Assembly: GCA_011174795.1 (NCBI GenBank)
Contig: DUEY01000007.1
Location: forward strand, 70 to 64,069
Reading direction: 5' to 3'
Source of the DNA: Dehalococcoidia bacterium
GTDB lineage: Bacteria; Chloroflexota; Dehalococcoidia; SZUA-161
DNA: 64,000 bases
Shown here: positions 55,941 through 64,000 of the stretch, in pieces
Position numbering within the stretch: position 1 is the stretch's first letter
Layout of the letters: every line of letters starts with the position of its first letter
Made by a program: the position numbers and the translations under genes
Notes under the pieces: model-generated
What the model saw: the letters and a program-made list of their open reading frames with translations, nothing else
The model's database searches: none
Told to the model about the DNA's origin: nothing

Positions 55941-56159
55941 TCCTCCCGCATGGCCGGAGGGTAAATTGCAGGTAGCTCTCACCGATTACACCATCGAATC
56001 CGAACTGACCTCACCCTCCCTAATTAGATTTCCCCCTTCAGCACCATCACCATCGAATGATTGCCCCCTAAACGCTGAGCCAAAGCCCCGGCGTGCACAT
56101 ACCACGACGAAGGATACAACTATCTAGCTATAAATAAAGGATAAGGAGGCCGGAGGAAA

Positions 56160-57068
56160 ATGACGGCGAAGATAATCTCAGGCACCGAGGTAGCAAAGGA
56201 AATTCGCGCTGAACTACAGGAAAGGGTCACGAAATTGAAGGCGGAAGGGGTAACCCCGGGGCTGGTCATGATCCGCGTCGGCGATGACCCCGCTTCCGTC
56301 TCCTATGTCACGGGTAAAGAACAGGCCTGTGAGGAGGTCGGAATATGGTCCGAGACCTACGTTATGCCCGAGAGCGCCTCTGAGGACGAGCTGCTGGCCA
56401 AGGTGGCGGAGATGAACAAGGCGGAGCATGTCGACGGCATCCTGGTTCAGCTCCCCGTGCCCAAACATATCGACGCGGACAAGGTGCTCAACCTTATCGA
56501 CCCTGCTAAAGATGTCGATGGATTCCATCCCATCAACGTCGGTAAAATGCTCATCGGGGATCCTTACTTCATGCCCTGCACCCCTCACGGCGCGGTGGAA
56601 CTGATGGTGCGCAGCGGCAACAGCCCCGAGGGCAAGCATGTCGTCATCTGCGGCCGCAGCAATATCGTGGGCAAACCCCTCATGGCGATGCTGGTGCAGA
56701 AGAAACCCCATGCTAACGCCACCATAACAGTCGTCCATACCGGAACGAAGAACATGTCTGAAATCACACGGCAGGCGGACATACTCGTCGCCGCCATGGG
56801 CTCCGCCGAGGTCATCAAAGCGGACATGGTCAAGGACGGGGCAGTGGTAATCGATGTCGGCGTCAACAGGGTAGGCATGAAGCCCAGCAAGAAAGACCCC
56901 ACTAAGATGGTCGCAGATCTCAGGGGCGATGTTGACTTCGAGGCAGTCAAGGAGAAGGCAAGCGCTATCACTCCCGTTCCCGGCGGCGTGGGACCAATGA
57001 CCATAACCATGCTGATGATGAATACGGTGGTGGCCGCCGAGAGGCGCGCCGCCCGCTCTAAAAAATAA
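56160..57068 (+). CDS. folD: Bifunctional methylenetetrahydrofolate dehydrogenase / methenyl-THF cyclohydrolase
   Basis: Full-length FolD pattern (PGLVMIRVGDDPAS..Y, VQLPVPKHID, CTPHG, GRSNIVGKP, TPVPGGVGPMT). RBS AAGGAGG. Confidence 0.9.
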   Translation: MTAKIISGTEVAKEIRAELQERVTKLKAEGVTPGLVMIRVGDDPASVSYVTGKEQACEEVGIWSETYVMPESASEDELLAKVAEMNKAEHVDGILVQLPVPKHIDADKVLNLIDPAKDVDGFHPINVGKMLIGDPYFMPCTPHGAVELMVRSGNSPEGKHVVICGRSNIVGKPLMAMLVQKKPHANATITVVHTGTKNMSEITRQADILVAAMGSAEVIKADMVKDGAVVIDVGVNRVGMKPSKKDPTKMVADLRGDVDFEAVKEKASAITPVPGGVGPMTITMLMMNTVVAAERRAARSKK

Positions 57069-57150
57069 CGCGGTAACAGGCAATTTAACGAGTTCCTCAG
57101 GTGAAGGATATCTCGTTTAAAAATTAGAAGCCAATTTAAGGAGGTTTTCT

Positions 57151-58914
57151 GTGGCATACGATGCAACTAAGATGAAGGACTGGCAGATCTCGGAAGCTGC
57201 CGAGGCTAACATGCCCACCCCCGATGAATGGCGGGAAAAGCTGGGGCTGGAGAAGGACGAGCTTATCCCCTTCGGGAGAACACCCAGGCTCGATTTCATC
57301 AAGATTATCGAGCGCCTCAAGGACAAGCCCGATGGCAAGTACATCGAGGTGACTGCCATCACTCCCACGCCGCTTGGTGAAGGAAAGAGCACCACCTCAA
57401 TGGGCCTGCTGGAGGGGATGGGAAAGCGTGGTCTGAATGTAGGCGGCTGCCTGCGCCAGCCCTCGGGTGGCCCTACCATGAACATCAAGGGCACCGCTGC
57501 CGGCGGAGGCAATGCGCTGCTCATCCCCATGACGGAGTTCTCTATGGGACTCACCGGCGACATCAACGACATCATGAATGCCCACAACCTGGCGATGGTG
57601 GCCCTTACGTCCAGGATGCAGCACGAGCGCAACTACAACGACGAGCAGCTCCAGCGGCTCACCAGGATGCCCCGCCTCAACATCGACCCCACCAGGGTGG
57701 AGATGGGCTGGATCATGGACTTCTGCGCCCAGAGCCTGCGCGACATCACCATAGGTCATGGCGGGCGCATGGACGGCTTTCTGATGCAGTCCAAGTTCGG
57801 CATAGCGGTAAGCTCCGAGCTCATGGCCATGCTCTCCATCGTCAGGGACCTGGCGGACCTGCGTGAGAGAATGGATAACATCACGCTAGCCTTCGATAAG
57901 AGCGGCAAAGAGGTTACCACGGGCGACCTGGAGGTGGGCGGCGCCATGACCGCCTGGATGCGCAATACCATCAACCCTACATTACTCTGCACGGTAGAGT
58001 ATCAGCCCTGTATGGTGCACGCCGGTCCCTTCGCCAACATCGCCGTGGGCCAATCGTCCATCATCGCTGACCGTATCGGTCTGAAGATGTTCGACTATCA
58101 CGTAACAGAGAGCGGCTTCGCCGCCGATATCGGCTTCGAGAAGTTCTGGAACGTCAAGTGCCGCCTGAGCGGCCTCAAGCCGCATGTTTCCGTACTTACG
58201 AGTACGATACGGGCGATGAAGATGCACGGCGGCGGGCCCAAGGTGGTAGCGGGAATTCCACTGCCCGAAGAGTACACCAAGGAGAACCTCGGCCTCCTGG
58301 AGAAGGGCCTGGCTAACATGGTGCACCACATCGGTGTTATTCGGGAATCGGGCATAAACCCGGTTGTCTGTGTAAACTGCTTCCACACCGACACCAAGGA
58401 CGAAATCGCAATGGTCCGCAAGGCTGCTGAGGAGGCAGGGGCACGCTGTGCCGTATCTACCCATTGGGCCGACGGCGGCGACGGCGCCCTGGAGCTGGCC
58501 GACGTGGTCAAGGAAGCCTGCGAGGAGAAGAACGAGTTCAGGTTCCTCTATCCTATGGAGATGAAACTCAGGGAGCGGGTCGATAAGATCGCCAGGGTGG
58601 TCTACGGCGCCGACGGCGTGAGCTGGACCCCTGATGCTGAGGCCAAGGCCAAGTCTCTTGAGGGCGACTCCAAGTACGATGATTTCGCCACCATGATGGT
58701 CAAGACCCACCTGAGCCTCACCCATGACCCTGCGTTGAAGGGCGTGCCCAAGGGTTGGACTTTACCAATCCGCGATGTATTAATCTACTCCGGCGCCAAG
58801 TTCCTCTGCCCCTGCGCTGGCACTATCAGCCTGATGCCTGGAACAAGCTCCGACCCCGCATTCAGAAAGGTCGATGTCGATACCAAGACAGGCAAGGTAA
58901 CGGGGCTGTTCTAG
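57151..58914 (+). CDS. fhs: Formate--tetrahydrofolate ligase
   Basis: [12 protein letters not shown]-loop signature and full-length FTHFS similarity. GTG start preceded by AAGGAGG. Confidence 0.9.
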   Translation: MAYDATKMKDWQISEAAEANMPTPDEWREKLGLEKDELIPFGRTPRLDFIKIIERLKDKPDGKYIEVTAITPTPLGEGKSTTSMGLLEGMGKRGLNVGGCLRQPSGGPTMNIKGTAAGGGNALLIPMTEFSMGLTGDINDIMNAHNLAMVALTSRMQHERNYNDEQLQRLTRMPRLNIDPTRVEMGWIMDFCAQSLRDITIGHGGRMDGFLMQSKFGIAVSSELMAMLSIVRDLADLRERMDNITLAFDKSGKEVTTGDLEVGGAMTAWMRNTINPTLLCTVEYQPCMVHAGPFANIAVGQSSIIADRIGLKMFDYHVTESGFAADIGFEKFWNVKCRLSGLKPHVSVLTSTIRAMKMHGGGPKVVAGIPLPEEYTKENLGLLEKGLANMVHHIGVIRESGINPVVCVNCFHTDTKDEIAMVRKAAEEAGARCAVSTHWADGGDGALELADVVKEACEEKNEFRFLYPMEMKLRERVDKIARVVYGADGVSWTPDAEAKAKSLEGDSKYDDFATMMVKTHLSLTHDPALKGVPKGWTLPIRDVLIYSGAKFLCPCAGTISLMPGTSSDPAFRKVDVDTKTGKVTGLF

Positions 58915-58936
58915 CTCGCTTAAACAGGCATTGTCA

Positions 58937-58974
58937 CGGGGTGGGCGAATCGGCTGTGGCGAGCGCCCACCCCG
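58937..58974. repeat. GC-rich palindrome (CGGGGTGGGCG-N16-CGCCCACCCCG); probable fhs terminator
   Basis: An 11-bp perfect stem 23 nt after the fhs stop. It is related in style to the GGGGCGC family. Confidence 0.55.
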
Positions 58975-58987
58975 AATCCTAGTATCG

Positions 58988-59017
58988 TTGACTCTTAATC
59001 CGAGCCTTGACTATAAT
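58988..59017 (+). promoter_or_regulatory. Sigma70-type promoter of the FeS flavoprotein gene
   Basis: TTGACT, an 18-bp spacer, then TATAAT, 20 nt upstream of the ATG at 59037. Confidence 0.5.
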
Positions 59018-59036
59018 TTCTGCGGGGTGCAGCACC

Positions 59037-61547
59037 ATGGCAACAATGAAACTGACTATCAATGATATAGAAGTCGAGGTCGAGGAAGGCAAAACGGTAC
59101 TGGAGGCGGCGCAGAGCGCCGGTATCTATATACCAGCCCTCTGTGCCCACCCCGACCTGCCCCCGGCAATAGGGATGAAGGCCGACAGCGTCATCTACCT
59201 CGGCGGTCAAGCTTTCGAAAGCTCGGCGCCCGAAGCGGAGTTCCGGGGGTGCCAGTTGTGCATCGTTGAGGTCGAAGGAAGAGACGACCTCCCTGCATCT
59301 TGCACCCTCACCGTCGCAGAAGGAATGACCATCCGTACCGATACGACCCGGGTGCGGGAGCAGCGCCGCGAGAACCTGAAAGCCATCCTTGTCAGGCACC
59401 CCCACGCCTGTCTTACATGCAGCCAGAGGGAGGGGTGCAGCCCCTTTGAATCATGTCCCAACAGCATACCGGTTCTTGAGCGTTGCTGCTCCAAGCTCGG
59501 CTACTGCGAACTGGGAGCGGTTGCCGAATATATCGGCATCAAGGAAGATACCCCCCGCTATACCCCCGGAGACCTGCCCGTCAAGAAGGACGAGCCGCTC
59601 TTCACCCAGGATTACAACCTCTGCATTGGCTGTACCAGGTGTGTCAGGGTATGCCGGGATGTGCGCGGCATAGGAGCCCTCGGTTTCGTCGTACGAGACG
59701 GCACGTCAATAGCAGGACCCATCGCCCCCTCGCTTAAGGAGTCGGGGTGCAAGTTCTGTGGCGCTTGCGTCGAGGTCTGTCCCACCGGCGCCCTGCTCGA
59801 CCTGGACGTCAAGCGGGCGGAACGCGAGGCAGTGCTCGTTCCCTGCACCAGCGCCTGTCCCGCCGGCATAGATGTCCCCCGCTATGTGCGCCTGATAGCC
59901 GAGGATAAATTCCCCGAAGCCCTGGCCGTGGTTCGAGAGAAAGTACCCTTCCCGCTGGTGCTGGGCTGCGTCTGTTTCCACCCCTGCGAGAGCGTGTGCC
60001 GGCGCGGTCAACTGAATGAACCCATCGCCATTGCGGCGCTGAAGCGCTTCGCCGCTGAACAAGCCGGGGCCTCGCGACAGGCAGAAGCTGATAAGGCGCA
60101 CCCCACGGGCAAGAAGGTGGCTATCGTGGGCTCCGGACCCGCAGGTCTCACCGCGGGGTACTACCTGGCTAAGCTCGGGCACTCCGTCACCGTATTCGAG
60201 GCACTGCCTGAAGCCGGCGGCATGATGCGAGTCGGCATACCCGAGTACCGCCTGCCGCGGGAAGCGCTCGATAGCGAGATCGAGAGCATAGTAAGCTCAG
60301 GCGTCGAGATAGTGACCGGCAGCAAGGTCGAGTCACTCGATAATCTCAAGGAACAGGGGTTCAACGCCATATTCCTGGCTACCGGGGCACACCGGGGAAT
60401 CAAGATGGGGGTGGAGGGAGAGGACAGCCCGGGGGTTATAGACTGCATATCCTTCCTCAGGAAGATTAATATGGGCGAAGAGGTCAAAGTGGGGGACAGG
60501 GTTACCGTAGTCGGCGGCGGCAACGCCGCCATCGATGCCGCACGTACTGCGCTGCGGCTCGGCGCCGGGGAGGTGACCATCGTCTACCGGCGCTCACGCG
60601 ACGAGATGCCCGCCAGCCCGGAGGAGATAGAGGGGGCTCTGGAAGAAGGAATCGAGATAGTCTTCCTTGCCGCGCCGAAAAAGATATCGGTTAACGGCGG
60701 CAGGCTGGCGATGGAATGCCTGCGCATGGAACTGGGAGAGCCGGATGCAAGCGGCAGAAAGCGTCCGGTGCCGGTCGAGGGTAGCGAGTTCACGATGGAC
60801 TTCGATACGGTGATAGCAGCTATCGGGCAGACGCCTGAGGTCCCCGACAGTTTCGAACTGGATGTCGTTGCCGGCGGCAGAGTGAAGGTAAACCCCGAGA
60901 CCCTGGCCACCGGTATAGATGGCGTCTTCGCCGGCGGCGATGCGAGCACCGGCCCGGCCTCGGTCATAGAAGCTATCGCTGCCGGAAGAAAGGCGGCTGC
61001 CTCCATAGATAAATACCTTGGCGGCAGCGGCGATATCGATAAGGCTCCTACAGAAAGCGGGGAGGCCACGCCCTCGCTGGGCCGCGACGAGGGTTTCTAC
61101 GACAGGCAGCGTGTCGCGATGCCCTGCCTTCCGGCGGAACAGCGAACGGGGAACTTCTCGACCGTGGAACTCGGCTTCGATGAGAAGATGGCGGTCGAGG
61201 AAGCAGCGCGGTGCCTCAGATGCGACCTTAGATTCCAACTCTCAGCGGTGATGCTGCCACCGAGCGAGTGGCTCGGGTTCACCCCCGATAATGTGGAGGC
61301 CGCCCCTGAGACCGACGGGGTATTTCGTCTATTCGATGAGCAGAAGGAAGTTATATATATAGGAAGCGGCACCAGTATCCGCGAGGGACTTCAGGAGATA
61401 CTGGACTCAGGTGACGAATGGGTGGAAAAAGCGCGCTACTTGCATTATGAAGAGACTATGATGTATACTATGCGAGAGAGCGAGCTTATACAGCAGTTCA
61501 TGCAGGAGCACGGCAGGCTCCCCGAAGGAAACGACCAGCTCTTTTAA
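59037..61547 (+). CDS. Multidomain FeS flavoprotein: NuoG-N-terminal-like 2Fe-2S/4Fe-4S module, a GltD-like NAD(P)H:FAD oxidoreductase, and a C-terminal GIY-YIG-like domain
   Basis: 2Fe-2S (CAHPDL...CQLCIVEV...SC). HxxCxxC and two CxxCxxCxxxCP clusters. GltD-type CPAGIDVPRY and VAIVGSGPAGL. The last 76 aa read GVFRLF-x7-IYIG..SIREGL...RESELIQQF....LPEGN. Start placed at the ATG after the promoter. Confidence 0.8.
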   Translation: MATMKLTINDIEVEVEEGKTVLEAAQSAGIYIPALCAHPDLPPAIGMKADSVIYLGGQAFESSAPEAEFRGCQLCIVEVEGRDDLPASCTLTVAEGMTIRTDTTRVREQRRENLKAILVRHPHACLTCSQREGCSPFESCPNSIPVLERCCSKLGYCELGAVAEYIGIKEDTPRYTPGDLPVKKDEPLFTQDYNLCIGCTRCVRVCRDVRGIGALGFVVRDGTSIAGPIAPSLKESGCKFCGACVEVCPTGALLDLDVKRAEREAVLVPCTSACPAGIDVPRYVRLIAEDKFPEALAVVREKVPFPLVLGCVCFHPCESVCRRGQLNEPIAIAALKRFAAEQAGASRQAEADKAHPTGKKVAIVGSGPAGLTAGYYLAKLGHSVTVFEALPEAGGMMRVGIPEYRLPREALDSEIESIVSSGVEIVTGSKVESLDNLKEQGFNAIFLATGAHRGIKMGVEGEDSPGVIDCISFLRKINMGEEVKVGDRVTVVGGGNAAIDAARTALRLGAGEVTIVYRRSRDEMPASPEEIEGALEEGIEIVFLAAPKKISVNGGRLAMECLRMELGEPDASGRKRPVPVEGSEFTMDFDTVIAAIGQTPEVPDSFELDVVAGGRVKVNPETLATGIDGVFAGGDASTGPASVIEAIAAGRKAAASIDKYLGGSGDIDKAPTESGEATPSLGRDEGFYDRQRVAMPCLPAEQRTGNFSTVELGFDEKMAVEEAARCLRCDLRFQLSAVMLPPSEWLGFTPDNVEAAPETDGVFRLFDEQKEVIYIGSGTSIREGLQEILDSGDEWVEKARYLHYEETMMYTMRESELIQQFMQEHGRLPEGNDQLF

Positions 61548-61566
61548 AACTGAATTACGTATGATT

Positions 61567-61691
61567 GCTTCCTGGTGATTAGAGCGGGGTGGACCCACCC
61601 GTTCCCATCCCGAACACGGAAGTGAAACTCCCCAGCGCAGACGATACTGCCCCGGCAACGGGGTGCGGAAAATATGCCATTGCCAGGAAGC
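61567..61691 (+). rRNA. rrf: 5S ribosomal RNA
   Basis: CCCACCCGUUCCCAUCCCGAACACGGAAGUGAAAC matches the universal 5S loop B/C and helix III core. The terminal helix GCUUCCUGG/CCAGGAAGC closes the molecule. The ends are good to within a few nt. Confidence 0.9.
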
Positions 61692-61694
61692 TTG

Positions 61695-61738
61695 AATAGC
61701 CCAGAATTCAAGGGATTTTGTGAGTTTTGGGCTATTTT
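61695..61738 (+). terminator. Hairpin plus T-run after the 5S rRNA
   Basis: AATAGCCCA ... TGGGCTATT 9-bp stem (long loop) followed by TTTT. Confidence 0.45.
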
Positions 61739-61822
61739 CATACTAGCCTAACTGTGGTAAAATAACGGTGTGCCCGGTGTATGTATTTGCACCCGGGTTG
61801 CAGAAATATATCGAGTAAAGCG

Positions 61823-64000
61823 ATGAGCAACCGATTCGATAAATTCACCGAACGTGCTCGGAAGGTACTGGCTCTGGCCCAGGAGGAAGCCCGGAGATTC
61901 AACCATAACTATATCGGCACAGAGCACATACTTCTCGGGCTGGTGCGAGAAGAGGAGGGGATGGCCGCCAAGATCCTCTCCAATCTCGGTGTCGGACTGA
62001 ACAAGGTCCGGTCTGCTGTAGAGTTCATCATCGGCCGCGGGGAGGGGACCACTCAGAACGAGGTCGGGCTCACGCCGAGGGCTAAGAGGGTGATAGAGCT
62101 TGCCGTAGATGAGGCCCGTTCTCTGGGGCATCAGTATATCGGTACCGAACACATTCTCCTCGGGCTTCTGCGCGAGGGTGAGGGAATCGCCTCGGGCGTT
62201 CTGGAAAGCCTGGGAGTCAGCATAGATAACGTGCATGCCGAGCTTAATCGTGCTCTAAGCCAGAGCATGCCCCGCGCCGGCTCGCGCCCTACCACCAAGA
62301 CCCCAACCCTCGACCAGCTGGGCATGGACCTGACCGCTGCTGCTCGAGCAGGCAAGCTCGACCCGGTTATCGGGCGCCAGAAGGAGATCGAGCGGGTAAT
62401 TCAGGTGCTCAGCCGGCGCACCAAGAATAATCCCGTTCTCATCGGAGAACCCGGAGTAGGTAAGACCGCCATCGCTGAGGCCATCGCGCACCGCATTGCT
62501 CAGGGTAACGTCCCCGAGACATTGCAGGACAGGCGGTTGCTCACCCTCGATGTTGGCGCCCTGGTCGCCGGTACCAAATACCGGGGCGAGTTCGAGGAGC
62601 GCCTGAAGAAGGTTATCGAGGAGATAAAGACCGCCGGCAATTGCGTTATTTTCATCGACGAGATACACACCCTGGTTGGCGCCGGCGCGGCCGAGGGCGC
62701 CGTTGACGCTGCCAGCATTCTCAAGCCATCGCTGGCACGGGGCGAGCTTCAATGTATTGGTGCCACCACCCTGGACGACTACCGCAAGCACGTGGAGCGC
62801 GATGCCGCCCTCGAACGCCGCTTCCAGCCGATTACCGTCGACGAGCCCTCAACTGAACAGACAATAGAGATCCTGAGAGGCATCAAGAGCCGCTATGAAG
62901 AGTATCACCGCTTGACGATAGATGACACGGCACTGAAGACGGCCGCCGGGCTGGCTGCCCGGTACATACCGGACCGCTTCCTGCCCGACAAGGCAATCGA
63001 CCTCATCGATGAGGCAGCGTCCCGTCTGCGGATTAAATTGTCCGGCCCTCCCCTGAGCCTGAACGAGGCTAAACAGGCTCTGGAGACCGTGCAGAAAGAG
63101 AAAGAAGAGGCGATGTCTGCTCAGCAGTATGAGCATGCAGCCGAACTGCGCGAGCGGGAATTGGAGCTTACTAACAAGATAGAGGAGATGCATAAGGGCC
63201 GGAAGGAGGAGATAGACGCGGAAGAGATGGTGGTGACTGATGAGCACATCGCAGAGGTTGTCAGCATGTGGACCGGCCTACCGGTAACCCGTCTGGCTGC
63301 GGATGAGACTGTCAGGCTGCTTCAAATGGAAGAGGCGCTGCATAAGCGCATCGTCGGTCAGGACGAGGCTATTGTTGCCATCTCCAAAGCGGTACGGAGA
63401 GCCAGAGCCGGGCTCAAGGACCCCAGGCGGCCCATCGGCAGCTTCATCTTCCTCGGCCCCACCGGCGTAGGCAAGACGGAGCTGGTGCGCGCGCTGGCAG
63501 AGTTCATGTTTGGCAGCGAGGATGCCCTGGTCAGGCTCGATATGTCGGAGTTCATGGAAAGACATGCCGTGGCTCGCCTCGTTGGTGCGCCGCCGGGATA
63601 TGTCGGCTACGATGAAGGAGGGCAGTTGACCGAGGCTGTAAGACGCAAGACATACTCGGCGATATTGCTCGACGAGATCGAGAAGGCCCATCCCGACGTT
63701 TTCAACATCCTGCTGCAGATTTTCGATGACGGGCATCTCACAGATGCCAAAGGGCGAAAAGTCGACTTCCGCAACACCGTCATCATCATGACCAGCAACA
63801 TCGGCTCCGAGCTTATCAGGAAGGAAAGCACCATCGGCTTCATCTCCCGCAGCGATGAGACCAAGGTAGCCCAGATGTCATACGATAAGATGAAGGAAAA
63901 GGTGCTCGAGGAAATGAAGAAGACCTTCCGCCCCGAGTTCCTCAACCGCATCGACGGAGTGGTTGTGTTCCATGCCCTGACGAAAGAGCATATCCGCCAG
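61823..64000 (+). CDS. clpC: ATP-dependent Clp protease ATP-binding subunit ClpC (3'-partial, runs off the window)
   Basis: It is missing from the ORF track because no stop is reached. My own translation from the ATG at 61823 gives [40 protein letters not shown] (duplicated Clp_N), GEPGVGKTA (Walker A1), the UVR motif [15 protein letters not shown], and GPTGVGKTE (Walker A2). Confidence 0.9.
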   Translation, partial: MSNRFDKFTERARKVLALAQEEARRFNHNYIGTEHILLGLVREEEGMAAKILSNLGVGLNKVRSAVEFIIGRGEGTTQNEVGLTPRAKRVIELAVDEARSLGHQYIGTEHILLGLLREGEGIASGVLESLGVSIDNVHAELNRALSQSMPRAGSRPTTKTPTLDQLGMDLTAAARAGKLDPVIGRQKEIERVIQVLSRRTKNNPVLIGEPGVGKTAIAEAIAHRIAQGNVPETLQDRRLLTLDVGALVAGTKYRGEFEERLKKVIEEIKTAGNCVIFIDEIHTLVGAGAAEGAVDAASILKPSLARGELQCIGATTLDDYRKHVERDAALERRFQPITVDEPSTEQTIEILRGIKSRYEEYHRLTIDDTALKTAAGLAARYIPDRFLPDKAIDLIDEAASRLRIKLSGPPLSLNEAKQALETVQKEKEEAMSAQQYEHAAELRERELELTNKIEEMHKGRKEEIDAEEMVVTDEHIAEVVSMWTGLPVTRLAADETVRLLQMEEALHKRIVGQDEAIVAISKAVRRARAGLKDPRRPIGSFIFLGPTGVGKTELVRALAEFMFGSEDALVRLDMSEFMERHAVARLVGAPPGYVGYDEGGQLTEAVRRKTYSAILLDEIEKAHPDVFNILLQIFDDGHLTDAKGRKVDFRNTVIIMTSNIGSELIRKESTIGFISRSDETKVAQMSYDKMKEKVLEEMKKTFRPEFLNRIDGVVVFHALTKEHIRQ

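Noticed and set aside
55941-56159. ZTP (pfl) or THF riboswitch upstream of folD-fhs.
   Set aside because: I could not find the conserved ZTP or THF core sequences by eye. Only a covariance-model scan could settle this.
61748-63951. Several minus-strand ORFs listed by the track where no plus-strand ORF is listed.
   Set aside because: The plus strand encodes clpC, which is missing from the track only because it has no stop within the window. The minus-strand ORFs are its shadows.
1-64000. Search for CRISPR arrays, transposases, integrases, toxin-antitoxin pairs and known defence-system genes.
   Set aside because: None was recognised. The only regular repeats are the LRR and TTTLQP coding repeats and the short palindromes described above.

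Overview
The window looks like a chromosomal segment of a moderately GC-rich bacterium. Gene content suggests a monoderm Chloroflexota/Dehalococcoidia-like organism: hrcA-CIRCE-grpE-dnaK, rpmB/yloV/degV/recG, folD-fhs plus a RACo-like corrinoid activase, and tail-anchored Thr/Pro-rich surface proteins. That taxonomic assignment is inference only.

Most of the window is housekeeping:
- an arginine cluster (argJ, argB, a UPF0182 membrane protein, argD, argG, argH)
- rpe, rpmB, yloV, degV, recG, argS, trpS
- a minus-strand histidine operon (hisZ, hisG, an unknown gene, hisD, hisC, hisB)
- a Kef-type antiporter, recJ, the heat-shock operon with a perfect CIRCE operator, fabH and a sodium:solute symporter
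- folD, fhs, a large FeS/GltD-like flavoprotein, a stand-alone 5S rRNA gene, and the 5' part of clpC, which is missing from the ORF track because it runs off the window.

I found no CRISPR array, transposase, integrase or complete tRNA gene.

The features most worth a second look:
1. A tubulin-superfamily GTPase whose motifs match archaeal CetZ rather than FtsZ. It is co-transcribed with an 82-aa two-TM protein and sits next to a two-gene envelope-protein unit (Ig-like repeat protein plus a collagen-like, tail-anchored protein).
2. A tandemly duplicated HisG with a degenerate N-terminal copy.
3. A metal-phosphoesterase-like gene translationally coupled inside the his operon.
4. A GIY-YIG-like domain fused to the C-terminus of the FeS flavoprotein next to folD-fhs.
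5. A tRNA 3' fragment with its terminator, a possible att scar.
6. A ParA plus ribbon-helix-helix module.
7. Two families of intergenic palindromic repeats, one of which brackets an MFS transporter gene.

All functional calls come from reading motifs in the supplied translations. No database search was run.
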